From the IMG/VR virus record IMGVR_UViG_3300032296_001854: a stretch of DNA of 64,000 nucleotides. One strand, written 5' to 3'. Positions 48,952 through 57,046 of the stretch are shown one piece after another. Position 1 is the stretch's first letter. The number at the start of each line of letters is the position of its first letter. A program made the translations under genes and the position numbers. This stretch comes from an uncultured virus (IMG/VR IMGVR_UViG_3300032296_001854) (Duplodnaviria > Heunggongvirae > Uroviricota > Caudoviricetes). The notes below the pieces were generated by a model, which saw only the letters and a list, made by a program, of their open reading frames with translations, did no database searches and was not told where the DNA came from.

Positions 48952-49230
48952 ATGTCCGAACAACCCCAAGAACAAATCCTACGCGTAAGCGCTGGGTCCA
49001 ATCCACAGGCTGTGGCATCCGCAATTGCTCATAGTATTTATGAGACACGTAATTGTAAGATTCGTGCGGTAGGTGCAGGTGCAGTCAATCAGGCTGTAAA
49101 AGCTATCGCTATTGCTCGTGGATATACAGCTCCCCGCGGTCTTGACCTCATCTGCGTCCCAGGGTTCTCAAGCATTGAGAGCCATGACGGCCAGATTTCC
49201 GCAATTGTCTTTGAAGTAAAGGCAAGTTAA
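48952..49230 (+). CDS. spoVS: Stage V sporulation protein S-like (Alba-fold) protein
   Basis: 'LRVSAGSNPQAVASAIA...RAVGAGAVNQAVKAIAIARG...PGF'. Confidence 0.9.
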   Translation: MSEQPQEQILRVSAGSNPQAVASAIAHSIYETRNCKIRAVGAGAVNQAVKAIAIARGYTAPRGLDLICVPGFSSIESHDGQISAIVFEVKAS

Positions 49231-49290
49231 CCCTGTATTTATCCAATAATAAGGCTACCCTTATTTAAACCCTTGGCCAAAGGAAACTAA

Positions 49291-49635
49291 ATGAAAAAAG
49301 ATTCAACTAAGAATAAGGCACCATTGGCTCCGACATCAGCGGAACCAAAAAATGCCGCAGGCGCAAAGCCACGCGTTGCTATGCCTTCAAAAGGCACACT
49401 TGTTAAAAAAGGTGGAGCTCAAGCTGGAGACCCATACAAGCAACCAAAACCTGCACGCTCTAACATCATGGGCAAGCTTGCTCGTGGCGGTGCACGTTAT
49501 GGTATTCGCGTTAAATTCCAAAAGACCGTAGCACCAGAAGCAGGAGCAACACAGGCAAACGGCCGTATGTTTGCACCTGCAGTTCGTCGTCAACGTCCTA
49601 ATTTTCAGGACGGCGGCGGGTCACACGGTAACTAA
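49291..49635 (+). CDS. Basic low-complexity protein
   Basis: SD AAAGGA; K/A/P/G-rich. Confidence 0.65.
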   Translation: MKKDSTKNKAPLAPTSAEPKNAAGAKPRVAMPSKGTLVKKGGAQAGDPYKQPKPARSNIMGKLARGGARYGIRVKFQKTVAPEAGATQANGRMFAPAVRRQRPNFQDGGGSHGN

Positions 49636-49648
49636 AACTTAATAGCTT

Positions 49649-49672
49649 AGGCCCCCGCAAGGGGGCCTTTTG
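49649..49672 (+). terminator. Rho-independent terminator
   Basis: aggccccc-gcaa-gggggcct-tttg. Confidence 0.85.
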
Positions 49673-49770
49673 CATTTACAGGAATATATTTAAATTTAGA
49701 ATGTTGTATACTATTGATGACCGCTCAATTCCGAGGGTCACTAAACATTTATCGTCTAAGGAGATAAATT

Positions 49771-50307
49771 ATGGCTTCAGGCTACCCAATTCAATGGTCA
49801 GGAAACAACGACTGGTCTCACCCTAAAGAAATGAAACTAGGCGCTCAACAGGTTGCAAACGCTCACCGTATTGCTGCTGAACGTTCCGTAGACCCATTAG
49901 CACTGCTAAATAACATGCTTCAACCGTGGACTTTCGGTTTTGATAGACACCTAGACATGTTTAACCAGCTATTTGACCTCAGAGTCAAGTCAACCTATCC
50001 CCCATACAACATTAAGACCTTACCCAATGACAAAGCCGAGATTGAACTGGCGGTTGCGGGGTTCAAGAAGTCTGAAATTAACATTGAGTATAAAGAAAAT
50101 GTTATTACCGTATCGGGAGAAAAGGAAGAGGAGAACGAGGCAACTTACGCCTACAAAGGCATAGCTGGCCGTACTTTCTTGCAACGTTTTGCCGTGTCAG
50201 ACGACGTGGTAGTAAACGGTGCTAAGCTAGAGGACGGGTTCTTGACCATCGCACTAGAGAGAATCGTTCCAGAGGCTAAGAAAGCTAAGACTATTTCAAT
50301 AGAATAG
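49771..50307 (+). CDS. Small heat shock protein (Hsp20/IbpA)
   Basis: 'YPPYNI', 'IELAVAGF', 'KGIAGR.F', 'AKLEDGFLTI.LER.VPE'. Confidence 0.95.
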   Translation: MASGYPIQWSGNNDWSHPKEMKLGAQQVANAHRIAAERSVDPLALLNNMLQPWTFGFDRHLDMFNQLFDLRVKSTYPPYNIKTLPNDKAEIELAVAGFKKSEINIEYKENVITVSGEKEEENEATYAYKGIAGRTFLQRFAVSDDVVVNGAKLEDGFLTIALERIVPEAKKAKTISIE

Positions 50308-50413
50308 TTGTTCATGGTTGTACATAGATGTCCATGGTTGTCCAACAATCTTATTATAATATTGCAAGACTGACAGTAACCATGTTATAGTACGACTCCC
50401 CCCTCTTGTACAA

Positions 50414-50448
50414 AGCCCCCTGCAAATATTTTTGCAGGGGGCTACTTT
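50414..50448 (+). terminator. 13-bp hairpin, terminator-like
   Basis: agccccctgcaaa-tatt-tttgcagggggct-acttt. Confidence 0.7.
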
Positions 50449-50513
50449 ACATACCACTAGTGATTCTTTATGATACGCTTAAGATGCAGTGCAAGACGGG
50501 ATGAAAGGAACTT

Positions 50514-50816
50514 GTGGTGCCGAAACTATCGGACAAAAAGAGTCTTGGTGATTTGTTAACCGAATTAGAAACTAATCCTAAGAGACGTAGAAGCGCAGGC
50601 GGATGCATATGCGCTAGATGGTTAGAGACTGTTGATGAAGAAACAGTTGAACGAATGTATAAAGCATTCGGTGGTCAGAAAATCCTTGTAGATATGTCTA
50701 ATTACTTTTTTGCAATTAAAGAAGTGTACCCAGAGATACCTTTACAAAGGACCACGTTTTACAATCACTTTAGAAAAAAGTGTTCATGCTATAAACAAGA
50801 GAAAGAACTGAACTAA
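50514..50816 (+). CDS. Hypothetical Cys/His protein
   Basis: SD GAAAGGA; 'CIC...HF..KCSC'; coupled to the phosphoesterase gene. Confidence 0.65.
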   Translation: MVPKLSDKKSLGDLLTELETNPKRRRSAGGCICARWLETVDEETVERMYKAFGGQKILVDMSNYFFAIKEVYPEIPLQRTTFYNHFRKKCSCYKQEKELN

Positions 50817-51847
50817 TGACAAAAATGTCTATAGGGGATTTATTAGATAAAGCTATAGAAGAACAAATAGTTGCTGCACCTAGCGTAGATTGGGCTTGGC
50901 CTCCAGTACAACCAGCAAAGCCAACAATAATTAAGCCAGCAACATATAAAGAACGCAAAGGTAAAAAAGATGGCACACGTTTAATAATGTTCGTGCCAGA
51001 CCCACAGATTGGTTATCGTAAATACGAAGACGGAACACTAGACCCATTCCATGATGAAGCAGCGATTGATGTTCACTTCCAATTACTTGCGTATCTAGAA
51101 GAAAAATATGGCGTAGATGAAATTATTCATCTGGGGGATTACTTAGATTTACCAACCATGGGCAAGTACGCACAAGAAGAAATGTTTGCCCACACAGTAC
51201 AACCAGCACTTGATTACGGCCACAACCTACTAGCAAAACAAAGAGCTACTTGCCCAGACGCAAAGATTGTTTTGTTAGAAGGAAACCATGATTGCCGCAT
51301 GAATAAATTTGTAGTCATGAATGCCATGGCAGCCAAAGGAATTAAGAGGGCAGCGTCAAAGCCAGAAGACTGGCCTGTCATGTCCATTCCATACCTTCTA
51401 CGTCTAGATGACATTAAGGTTGAATATGTAGGCGCCTACCCAGCAGGAGAGTATTGGGTAACCAAATACCTTCGCGCTATTCATGGAACTACAGTGCGTT
51501 CAGGTGGCTCAACAGCAAGCGCTTATATAAATAAAAACCCACACATCTCAACAGTGTTTGGACATGTCCACAGACAAGAGATGCAGTACAAGACTGTGCA
51601 TGACCAAGATGGTCCTATCCGCAGTGTGTCTGCAAGCCCTGGATGCCTATGCCGAATTGATGGCGCGGTTCCTTCATACGGCTCTGGTCTTACCGATAAC
51701 GGTCGACCAGTTAAACACTGGGAAGACTGGCAGCAAGGAGTGATGATTGGTTGGGTCAGACCTGACGATTCGTTCACTTTACAGCCTATCCACATCATGG
51801 ATGGCTGGGCTGTTTACGAAGGCAAAGAGTTTACAGCGACCCTGTAG
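50816..51847 (+). CDS. Calcineurin-like metallophosphoesterase
   Basis: 'PDPQ', 'LGDYLD', 'EGNHD', 'HG', 'GHVHR'. Confidence 0.9.
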   Translation: MTKMSIGDLLDKAIEEQIVAAPSVDWAWPPVQPAKPTIIKPATYKERKGKKDGTRLIMFVPDPQIGYRKYEDGTLDPFHDEAAIDVHFQLLAYLEEKYGVDEIIHLGDYLDLPTMGKYAQEEMFAHTVQPALDYGHNLLAKQRATCPDAKIVLLEGNHDCRMNKFVVMNAMAAKGIKRAASKPEDWPVMSIPYLLRLDDIKVEYVGAYPAGEYWVTKYLRAIHGTTVRSGGSTASAYINKNPHISTVFGHVHRQEMQYKTVHDQDGPIRSVSASPGCLCRIDGAVPSYGSGLTDNGRPVKHWEDWQQGVMIGWVRPDDSFTLQPIHIMDGWAVYEGKEFTATL

Positions 51848-51870
51848 TTTTACAGGCGTATGATTGATGC

Positions 51871-52410
51871 ATGCCTAATCCACATCAAAATACGCAGAAC
51901 TTAGGTGCCAATGGCATGTACGGCACCTACACCAATTATGGTGGCGGTGGTACTCCTGTTGCTCGTTCAGAGCTTGACTTTTTGCGCCTTGGTGTTGGCC
52001 GTGTTCCACAAGCTGAATATCCAGACGGTTATTTAGGCACGATACGAACACGTCGCGATGACCGCGGTCGCCCCAACGGACAGTCAGAACGTGTATCAGA
52101 CTCACTTAAAGTTAGAATAGGACAGCGTTCCTACCAACGTGGTGTTCACCGCGGTGAGCGCATTGACCAGTCTGATTACTATTACCCAGCAGGATTAGAT
52201 AACATGCGTGGTATTGAACGTCAGATGAAAGCTACCAAAGACGGTAACGTTTATCGTGTAAAAAGAAATGTAGAAGTAACCACACTAGTTCCAGCTCCTC
52301 ATCTACCTAATGATGGTAAAGCGGGTCCATCAGTAAGAAGCGATTCTCCATACAACATTAACAAAGTACGCGTAGAGCAAATGTCTCGTATGCGACCACA
52401 GTGGAAGTAA
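51871..52410 (+). CDS. Hypothetical R/G/P-rich protein
   Basis: Leaderless TATGAT-N6-ATG; 'EYPDGYLGTI..RR.D'. Confidence 0.75.
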   Translation: MPNPHQNTQNLGANGMYGTYTNYGGGGTPVARSELDFLRLGVGRVPQAEYPDGYLGTIRTRRDDRGRPNGQSERVSDSLKVRIGQRSYQRGVHRGERIDQSDYYYPAGLDNMRGIERQMKATKDGNVYRVKRNVEVTTLVPAPHLPNDGKAGPSVRSDSPYNINKVRVEQMSRMRPQWK

Positions 52411-52413
52411 AAA

Positions 52414-52806
52414 ATGCCAGGTAAATATGCAGACGGTACCTACGGCCGCAAGCCGTGGCAGGATGACGGCCGCAAGCCTTATCACACACCGATTGAGGCT
52501 GCGTTCCCACCACAGGATTACCTTGGACCTTTTCAGTCTAACCAAGACCGTTTACTTAATCAGGCGCTTGCTACATGGACTATGACAAGTGAAGAGGTAC
52601 AAGAATACGTACGTCCTAACCTTCCACAGGTTAACCTGTTTCCAGACAGGTATGGATTTGTTACAGAAGAAATAGGCATTCGAGATATTATTGACCTACC
52701 AGGTAGAAGCGGAAACCAAGCAGGTCAACGTGTGGAGTCTGACTTCTCCAACACACCTAACACTCCGCAATCTACTAGCCGCAACACATTAGGAGGCTCA
52801 GTATAG
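52414..52806 (+). CDS. Hypothetical protein
   Basis: Operonic ORF with a duplicated GRKP motif. Confidence 0.7.
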   Translation: MPGKYADGTYGRKPWQDDGRKPYHTPIEAAFPPQDYLGPFQSNQDRLLNQALATWTMTSEEVQEYVRPNLPQVNLFPDRYGFVTEEIGIRDIIDLPGRSGNQAGQRVESDFSNTPNTPQSTSRNTLGGSV

Positions 52807-53057
52807 TGCCACGTAATAATCAAGACTTTAAAGAAGGTAAAGAGCCCGCCTTAAAAGATGTTATTATCGCTCTAAACCGCGACCAAAAAATTACGTGGGA
52901 AGAGGCAGCCGACCTTAGTTCAGGTTGGAGTGATAGAGCGGTAGCTTCGCACGGACGTTCATCAAGATTAGCCCACAGAGATAAGGACGTACCTGCTATT
53001 CAACCAACATCAGATAACAGAGTTTCTAAAATACACAAGAATGCAGGTTTAAAATGA
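52806..53057 (+). CDS. Hypothetical protein
   Basis: SD AGGAGG; coupled GTG start. Confidence 0.6.
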   Translation: MPRNNQDFKEGKEPALKDVIIALNRDQKITWEEAADLSSGWSDRAVASHGRSSRLAHRDKDVPAIQPTSDNRVSKIHKNAGLK

Positions 53058-53266
53058 GCAAAGACCCAGGACTTTTCACAGATAGCACGGGCGAAGGCAT
53101 GGCAGGGGCTACAGATGTGTCTTTAGAGACGATTTATAACGGCACCAAGGCCTGTAAGGCATGTGGTATTTCAATGAACCCAGTACAATCATTGAAAGAC
53201 CAGAGTCTATGCCCAGGTTGTACTCGACGTAAGGCAGCAAGACTAGTTAAAGGACGGATGGCATAA
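53054..53266 (+). CDS. Small Zn-ribbon protein
   Basis: 'CKACG...CPGC'. Confidence 0.7.
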   Translation: MSKDPGLFTDSTGEGMAGATDVSLETIYNGTKACKACGISMNPVQSLKDQSLCPGCTRRKAARLVKGRMA

Positions 53267-53475
53267 TGGCAGTTAATCAATCACGCTCCCTAAACGGAGA
53301 CATGAACGAGGGCGCAACAGACGGTAAGTATCGTAAGCGCCGTCCAAATACAACTGTACAACCAGGCATGGGAGACCAGCTTGTTGTACAAAACCGTGCA
53401 GACTTACATCCATATATGAATTATGGATTTATTAATTCAGAAGAGACTTCTAAAGTAAACCCAGCGGGTAACTAA
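53266..53475 (+). CDS. Hypothetical protein
   Basis: Coupled by TAATG. Confidence 0.7.
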   Translation: MAVNQSRSLNGDMNEGATDGKYRKRRPNTTVQPGMGDQLVVQNRADLHPYMNYGFINSEETSKVNPAGN

Positions 53476-53753
53476 TGATTAAAGGCATCCGCAGAGAATT
53501 GGATGCACGTCGTCAATCAAAAGCGACGGAGTCATCAATTAAGGCACATAAAGACACTATGCTCGGGCTACTTCGCGCTTCAGTTGGAAGATATAGCGAT
53601 AGTTCAGAAGTTGCACAGCGTCGTCGTGTCGCTGCAGGAGACCCAACAGCTACCGCAACAGGTTCAGACGGTAGAAAAATTAAAACAAATAACCCAACAC
53701 CTCGAGATTCAGGCGGACATGTAAATGCCCCAGCGTCGAGAAACGGATATTAA
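53475..53753 (+). CDS. Hypothetical basic protein
   Basis: Coupled by TAATG. Confidence 0.6.
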   Translation: MIKGIRRELDARRQSKATESSIKAHKDTMLGLLRASVGRYSDSSEVAQRRRVAAGDPTATATGSDGRKIKTNNPTPRDSGGHVNAPASRNGY

Positions 53754-53916
53754 AAGACAGGGTGGGCCATGGCCTACACCTGTTGGCATGGGGGCATTAG
53801 TAAGCCCAGATGATTTTTATGCGGCAAAAGCACGTCAAGAAGCTCATCAAGCAGAAGAAGCTGCCTTTGATAAAGGTGGTATGTCTGCTGTCAATAAACT
53901 AAGGAATAAAAAGTGA
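53725..53916 (+). CDS. Hypothetical protein
   Basis: Fills the gap between neighbours; stop overlaps the next GTG. Confidence 0.5.
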   Translation: MPQRRETDIKRQGGPWPTPVGMGALVSPDDFYAAKARQEAHQAEEAAFDKGGMSAVNKLRNKK

Positions 53917-54368
53917 ACCCCACTGAGATGCAGTTCTCTGGAACAAGAGATGAAAAAGGTGAGATTAAACTTTCAGCCAAACCTGCGCTGAACCCTAGAG
54001 AACACCAATTCATTAAGTTCGATAAAGAGTCACCATCCCACAGGGCGTTACTCGGCGCCTCCGCTAACACAGAGCACCCTAATTACGTAGAAGGGCTTGC
54101 TATTCACAGCGGAGGCTTGTTTTCTGTACCAAAAACAGCAACACGTAAGCCAGGAAAAAATGCTAGTGCTCCAGAGCAAAGACGCAGTAGGCTTATTAGC
54201 GATGCTATGGCTGCTGGGCCACTCGTCTCAAAAAAACCAAAGGAAACAAGTCCAGTAAAGGCAGTAGCCGATAAATTAAACGTAGACCAAGAACGTTCAG
54301 CCAAGCGTAAAGATACCTCAGAGGCAATAGCCAAACGAAACGCGCAAATTAAGAAAGCACGGGGATAG
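53913..54368 (+). CDS. Hypothetical basic protein
   Basis: SD AAGGA; GTGA overlap. Confidence 0.65.
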   Translation: MNPTEMQFSGTRDEKGEIKLSAKPALNPREHQFIKFDKESPSHRALLGASANTEHPNYVEGLAIHSGGLFSVPKTATRKPGKNASAPEQRRSRLISDAMAAGPLVSKKPKETSPVKAVADKLNVDQERSAKRKDTSEAIAKRNAQIKKARG

Positions 54369-54402
54369 TAGACATCCTTTAGTTCTGTGGTAGGCTGTTC
54401 GC

Positions 54403-54963
54403 ATGGTACTTGACCTATCCTACTTAAATAAAGATACGCCGCCTGAAAAGCGGCCAAAAGTTCTACTGCTTGCTTGTTTTACCTGCAAGTCGGTAGAAGA
54501 GATTCCTTATGATGACCGATTCCCAAACACAGATAGACCAGGTCATGACCAGAACCGTAATCCATTTCTACATGCAGTAGTTGACCGACATGGTCCAGAC
54601 CATAAAGGCACCCTGGCTGATGCTGATTTAGTTATTTGGCAACACCCAGATGGAAAACGGCAAATTACTGAGCAATTTCAAAAAGGTTCACCTGGCCTTG
54701 ATGTATTTGGTACAAATTTCTATGACACCAAGGACAATTATTCCGCAGATGCAATGCGTTGCTATGCCGAGCACAATCGTCCGCAGGGTCAGTGTTCTGA
54801 CTACAAGTCAGAAAAGAAAGTGTTAAAACCAGAAACATCTAAGGACCGTAGGGAAGCTGGACTTGACCCTAGTAAGATGCCAAAAATGCATTTGTGTGAT
54901 TTTTGCCCTGTTAAGTCATACAACATGAAGAAGTTTAACGAAAGTAAAGGACTATATAAATGA
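54403..54963 (+). CDS. Cys/His-rich putative Zn-binding protein
   Basis: 'CFTC', 'C...H.RP...C', 'LCDFCP'; leaderless TGn-TAGGCT-N6-ATG. Confidence 0.75.
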   Translation: MVLDLSYLNKDTPPEKRPKVLLLACFTCKSVEEIPYDDRFPNTDRPGHDQNRNPFLHAVVDRHGPDHKGTLADADLVIWQHPDGKRQITEQFQKGSPGLDVFGTNFYDTKDNYSADAMRCYAEHNRPQGQCSDYKSEKKVLKPETSKDRREAGLDPSKMPKMHLCDFCPVKSYNMKKFNESKGLYK

Positions 54964-55244
54964 GCGAAGAAGTTATTGAAGACGCAGTTGTAATACCAGA
55001 AGAAGGAATTGCAGAAAATATACCTTCAGATGACAACGGAGGAATTACAGCTTTTATTATTGTAAAGAGACCAAGCGGAGACTGGTACGCAACGGCAGAC
55101 CTGTCAACCACCCTTACTGTGGACCGTCAGGCAAGCCTAGATGACATTAAACACGGGTGTCAGGACATAGTAGATAGCATGAACCAGTCCGCAATTGCCT
55201 ATCAGGTCCTGGATTTGATAAAGCCGTTGATTTCTGGCGAATAG
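54960..55244 (+). CDS. Hypothetical acidic protein
   Basis: ATGA overlap; SD AAAGGA. Confidence 0.7.
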   Translation: MSEEVIEDAVVIPEEGIAENIPSDDNGGITAFIIVKRPSGDWYATADLSTTLTVDRQASLDDIKHGCQDIVDSMNQSAIAYQVLDLIKPLISGE

Positions 55245-55309
55245 TAAGCCAGTATTTAGCCTGTACCTCAGGAGTATACTGTAAGTACACTTCAAGGGGG
55301 TAGGTCTCA

Positions 55310-55528
55310 ATGGCGTTCGTAGAAATGACATGCGTGTGCGTGGCATCTTTTCAAGCAGAAGTCGAAGAAAACGAATCAATGGTCATGATGTGGGCACAGC
55401 AATTTATTAATGCACATAGTCAATGTGGCTATATGACTCCAATAAAGACAGATAGAGCAGAGCATCCAAGCAAATTCATTGCTGATACCGATGTTATGTA
55501 CAAAGAGCGGCGGGAAAAAGAACTATAA
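55310..55528 (+). CDS. Small hypothetical protein (CxC...H..C)
   Basis: SD AAGGGGG. Confidence 0.65.
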   Translation: MAFVEMTCVCVASFQAEVEENESMVMMWAQQFINAHSQCGYMTPIKTDRAEHPSKFIADTDVMYKERREKEL

Positions 55529-55535
55529 TACCTAG

Positions 55536-56465
55536 ATGAACTATTACGACGCGCTGGTACGGCAGGCAGAGCCAGTCAAACTAGAGCCGTCGGAAACTTC
55601 ATACTTCAGCACACCTGGAGCTGGTTTAGACCCTAGGTTGTTCAGGAACGGCAAAATTGTACCCCACATCCGTTCTTTAATTTTAAGAATCCTATTTGAC
55701 CATTTAAAACAGAGTTATTACAACCCTGAGGCCTTTGCCCATGTTTGGCTAGCTGGCTCAGCTGTAAGCTACCAATGGACCGCAGCTCGTAAACCAGCAG
55801 ACTTGGACTGTCTAATAGGAATTAATTATTTAGTTTTTAGACAATCTAATTCTAAGTACAAAGGTCTTAGCGATAAAGAGATTTCCCAAATGTTCAACGA
55901 GGGGTTCCAGACCCTTCACCAGTCTACCTCTAATTTTCTAGATGTATTTGAGTTGACATTCTATGTTAATGTTCAGTCTGACATCCGTTCCATTAAACCA
56001 TACGCAGCTTACAGCTTGACGAATGATGATTGGACTGTGATGCCAGAGGTTCGCGGTGTTCCGCAGAATCAAATATGGAATAGAAAAGTGGAGCAGGATA
56101 AGTCTATGGCAGTCGATATTTTGTCAAGGTATTCTGACGCCTTAACATCTATTGGCTCAGCAACCACAGATGTAGCAAGAAGGAATGCCGAAGCTGCATT
56201 AAAACTTGCTGTAGAACAAGGTGCTGCTTTATTTGAAGATATTCACCACGGTCGTAAATATGCATTTAGCGCCTCTGGACAAGGCTACGCTGATGTATAT
56301 AATTATCGTTGGCAAGCTGGAAAAGCGTCTGGTGTTGTACAAGCATTAAAACAACTAAAAGAAATTTCCACAAAAAGCCGAAAAGAATTTGAAGCACAAA
56401 CGTATGGCATGGAATTGCCATCAACTAGCACTCTGATAAGGAGAGCGGCTACACACTACAAGTGA
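55536..56465 (+). CDS. Pol-beta superfamily nucleotidyltransferase
   Basis: 'VWLAGSAVSYQW......DLDC' (GS...DxD) and 'ELTFYV'; leaderless TATAAT-N6-ATG. Confidence 0.8.
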   Translation: MNYYDALVRQAEPVKLEPSETSYFSTPGAGLDPRLFRNGKIVPHIRSLILRILFDHLKQSYYNPEAFAHVWLAGSAVSYQWTAARKPADLDCLIGINYLVFRQSNSKYKGLSDKEISQMFNEGFQTLHQSTSNFLDVFELTFYVNVQSDIRSIKPYAAYSLTNDDWTVMPEVRGVPQNQIWNRKVEQDKSMAVDILSRYSDALTSIGSATTDVARRNAEAALKLAVEQGAALFEDIHHGRKYAFSASGQGYADVYNYRWQAGKASGVVQALKQLKEISTKSRKEFEAQTYGMELPSTSTLIRRAATHYK

Positions 56466-56477
56466 TAGGGTCTATCT

Positions 56478-56936
56478 GTGGCAATATTAGTATTTTTAGA
56501 CGGCGTACTTAGAAATGATAAAAGCGCCCCCATCCCAAATGGTATGGCGCTGTACAGAAGTCTTAAAGAAAAACATCGCGTTCTTGTTCTATGTGAAGAC
56601 GTAGAAAAGGATGACCATTGGCTACGTCAACAAAGAATCAATAACTTTGACGACTTGATTGATTACAAAAAAGTACCTGCTATTGGAGATTTTCCAAAGT
56701 TACGGCAGGTAGAGTGGGTGCGCTCGCAAGGTCCTGTAGAATACGTAATAACATCAGACCCAGAATTAGTCACCCAGCTACTTGAAATTGGTATGACAAC
56801 TTTGGTATTTTTACAGCCGTTGTATATTAGAGAAGAATTTAGGCCAGACAGCCGCAGGGGTGTCAAAGCTTGGTCAGACATTGTTGAAGAAATTGAACGC
56901 CAACAGGATGCCTTTAAGGAGGACCCACGAATATGA
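56478..56936 (+). CDS. HAD-like protein, degenerate (first Asp of DxD missing)
   Basis: 'ILVFLDGVL...PIPNG', 'K', 'ITSDP'; leaderless TAGGGT-N6-GTG. Confidence 0.65.
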   Translation: MAILVFLDGVLRNDKSAPIPNGMALYRSLKEKHRVLVLCEDVEKDDHWLRQQRINNFDDLIDYKKVPAIGDFPKLRQVEWVRSQGPVEYVITSDPELVTQLLEIGMTTLVFLQPLYIREEFRPDSRRGVKAWSDIVEEIERQQDAFKEDPRI

Positions 56937-57046
56937 GCGAGAAACCAACTTGCCCTAGAGGGTGCGAGGGAAATGTATTAGATTACGTAAGCGGAGATGC
57001 GTATCTGTGTGCCAAATGCGGCATTACCTGGAGCAAGATTAAGTGA
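56933..57046 (+). CDS. 37-aa Zn-ribbon peptide (not in ORF track)
   Basis: SD AAGGAGG; MSEKPTCPRGCEGNVLDYVSGDAYLCAKCGITWSKIK; overlaps both neighbours by 4 nt. Confidence 0.65.
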   Translation: MSEKPTCPRGCEGNVLDYVSGDAYLCAKCGITWSKIK

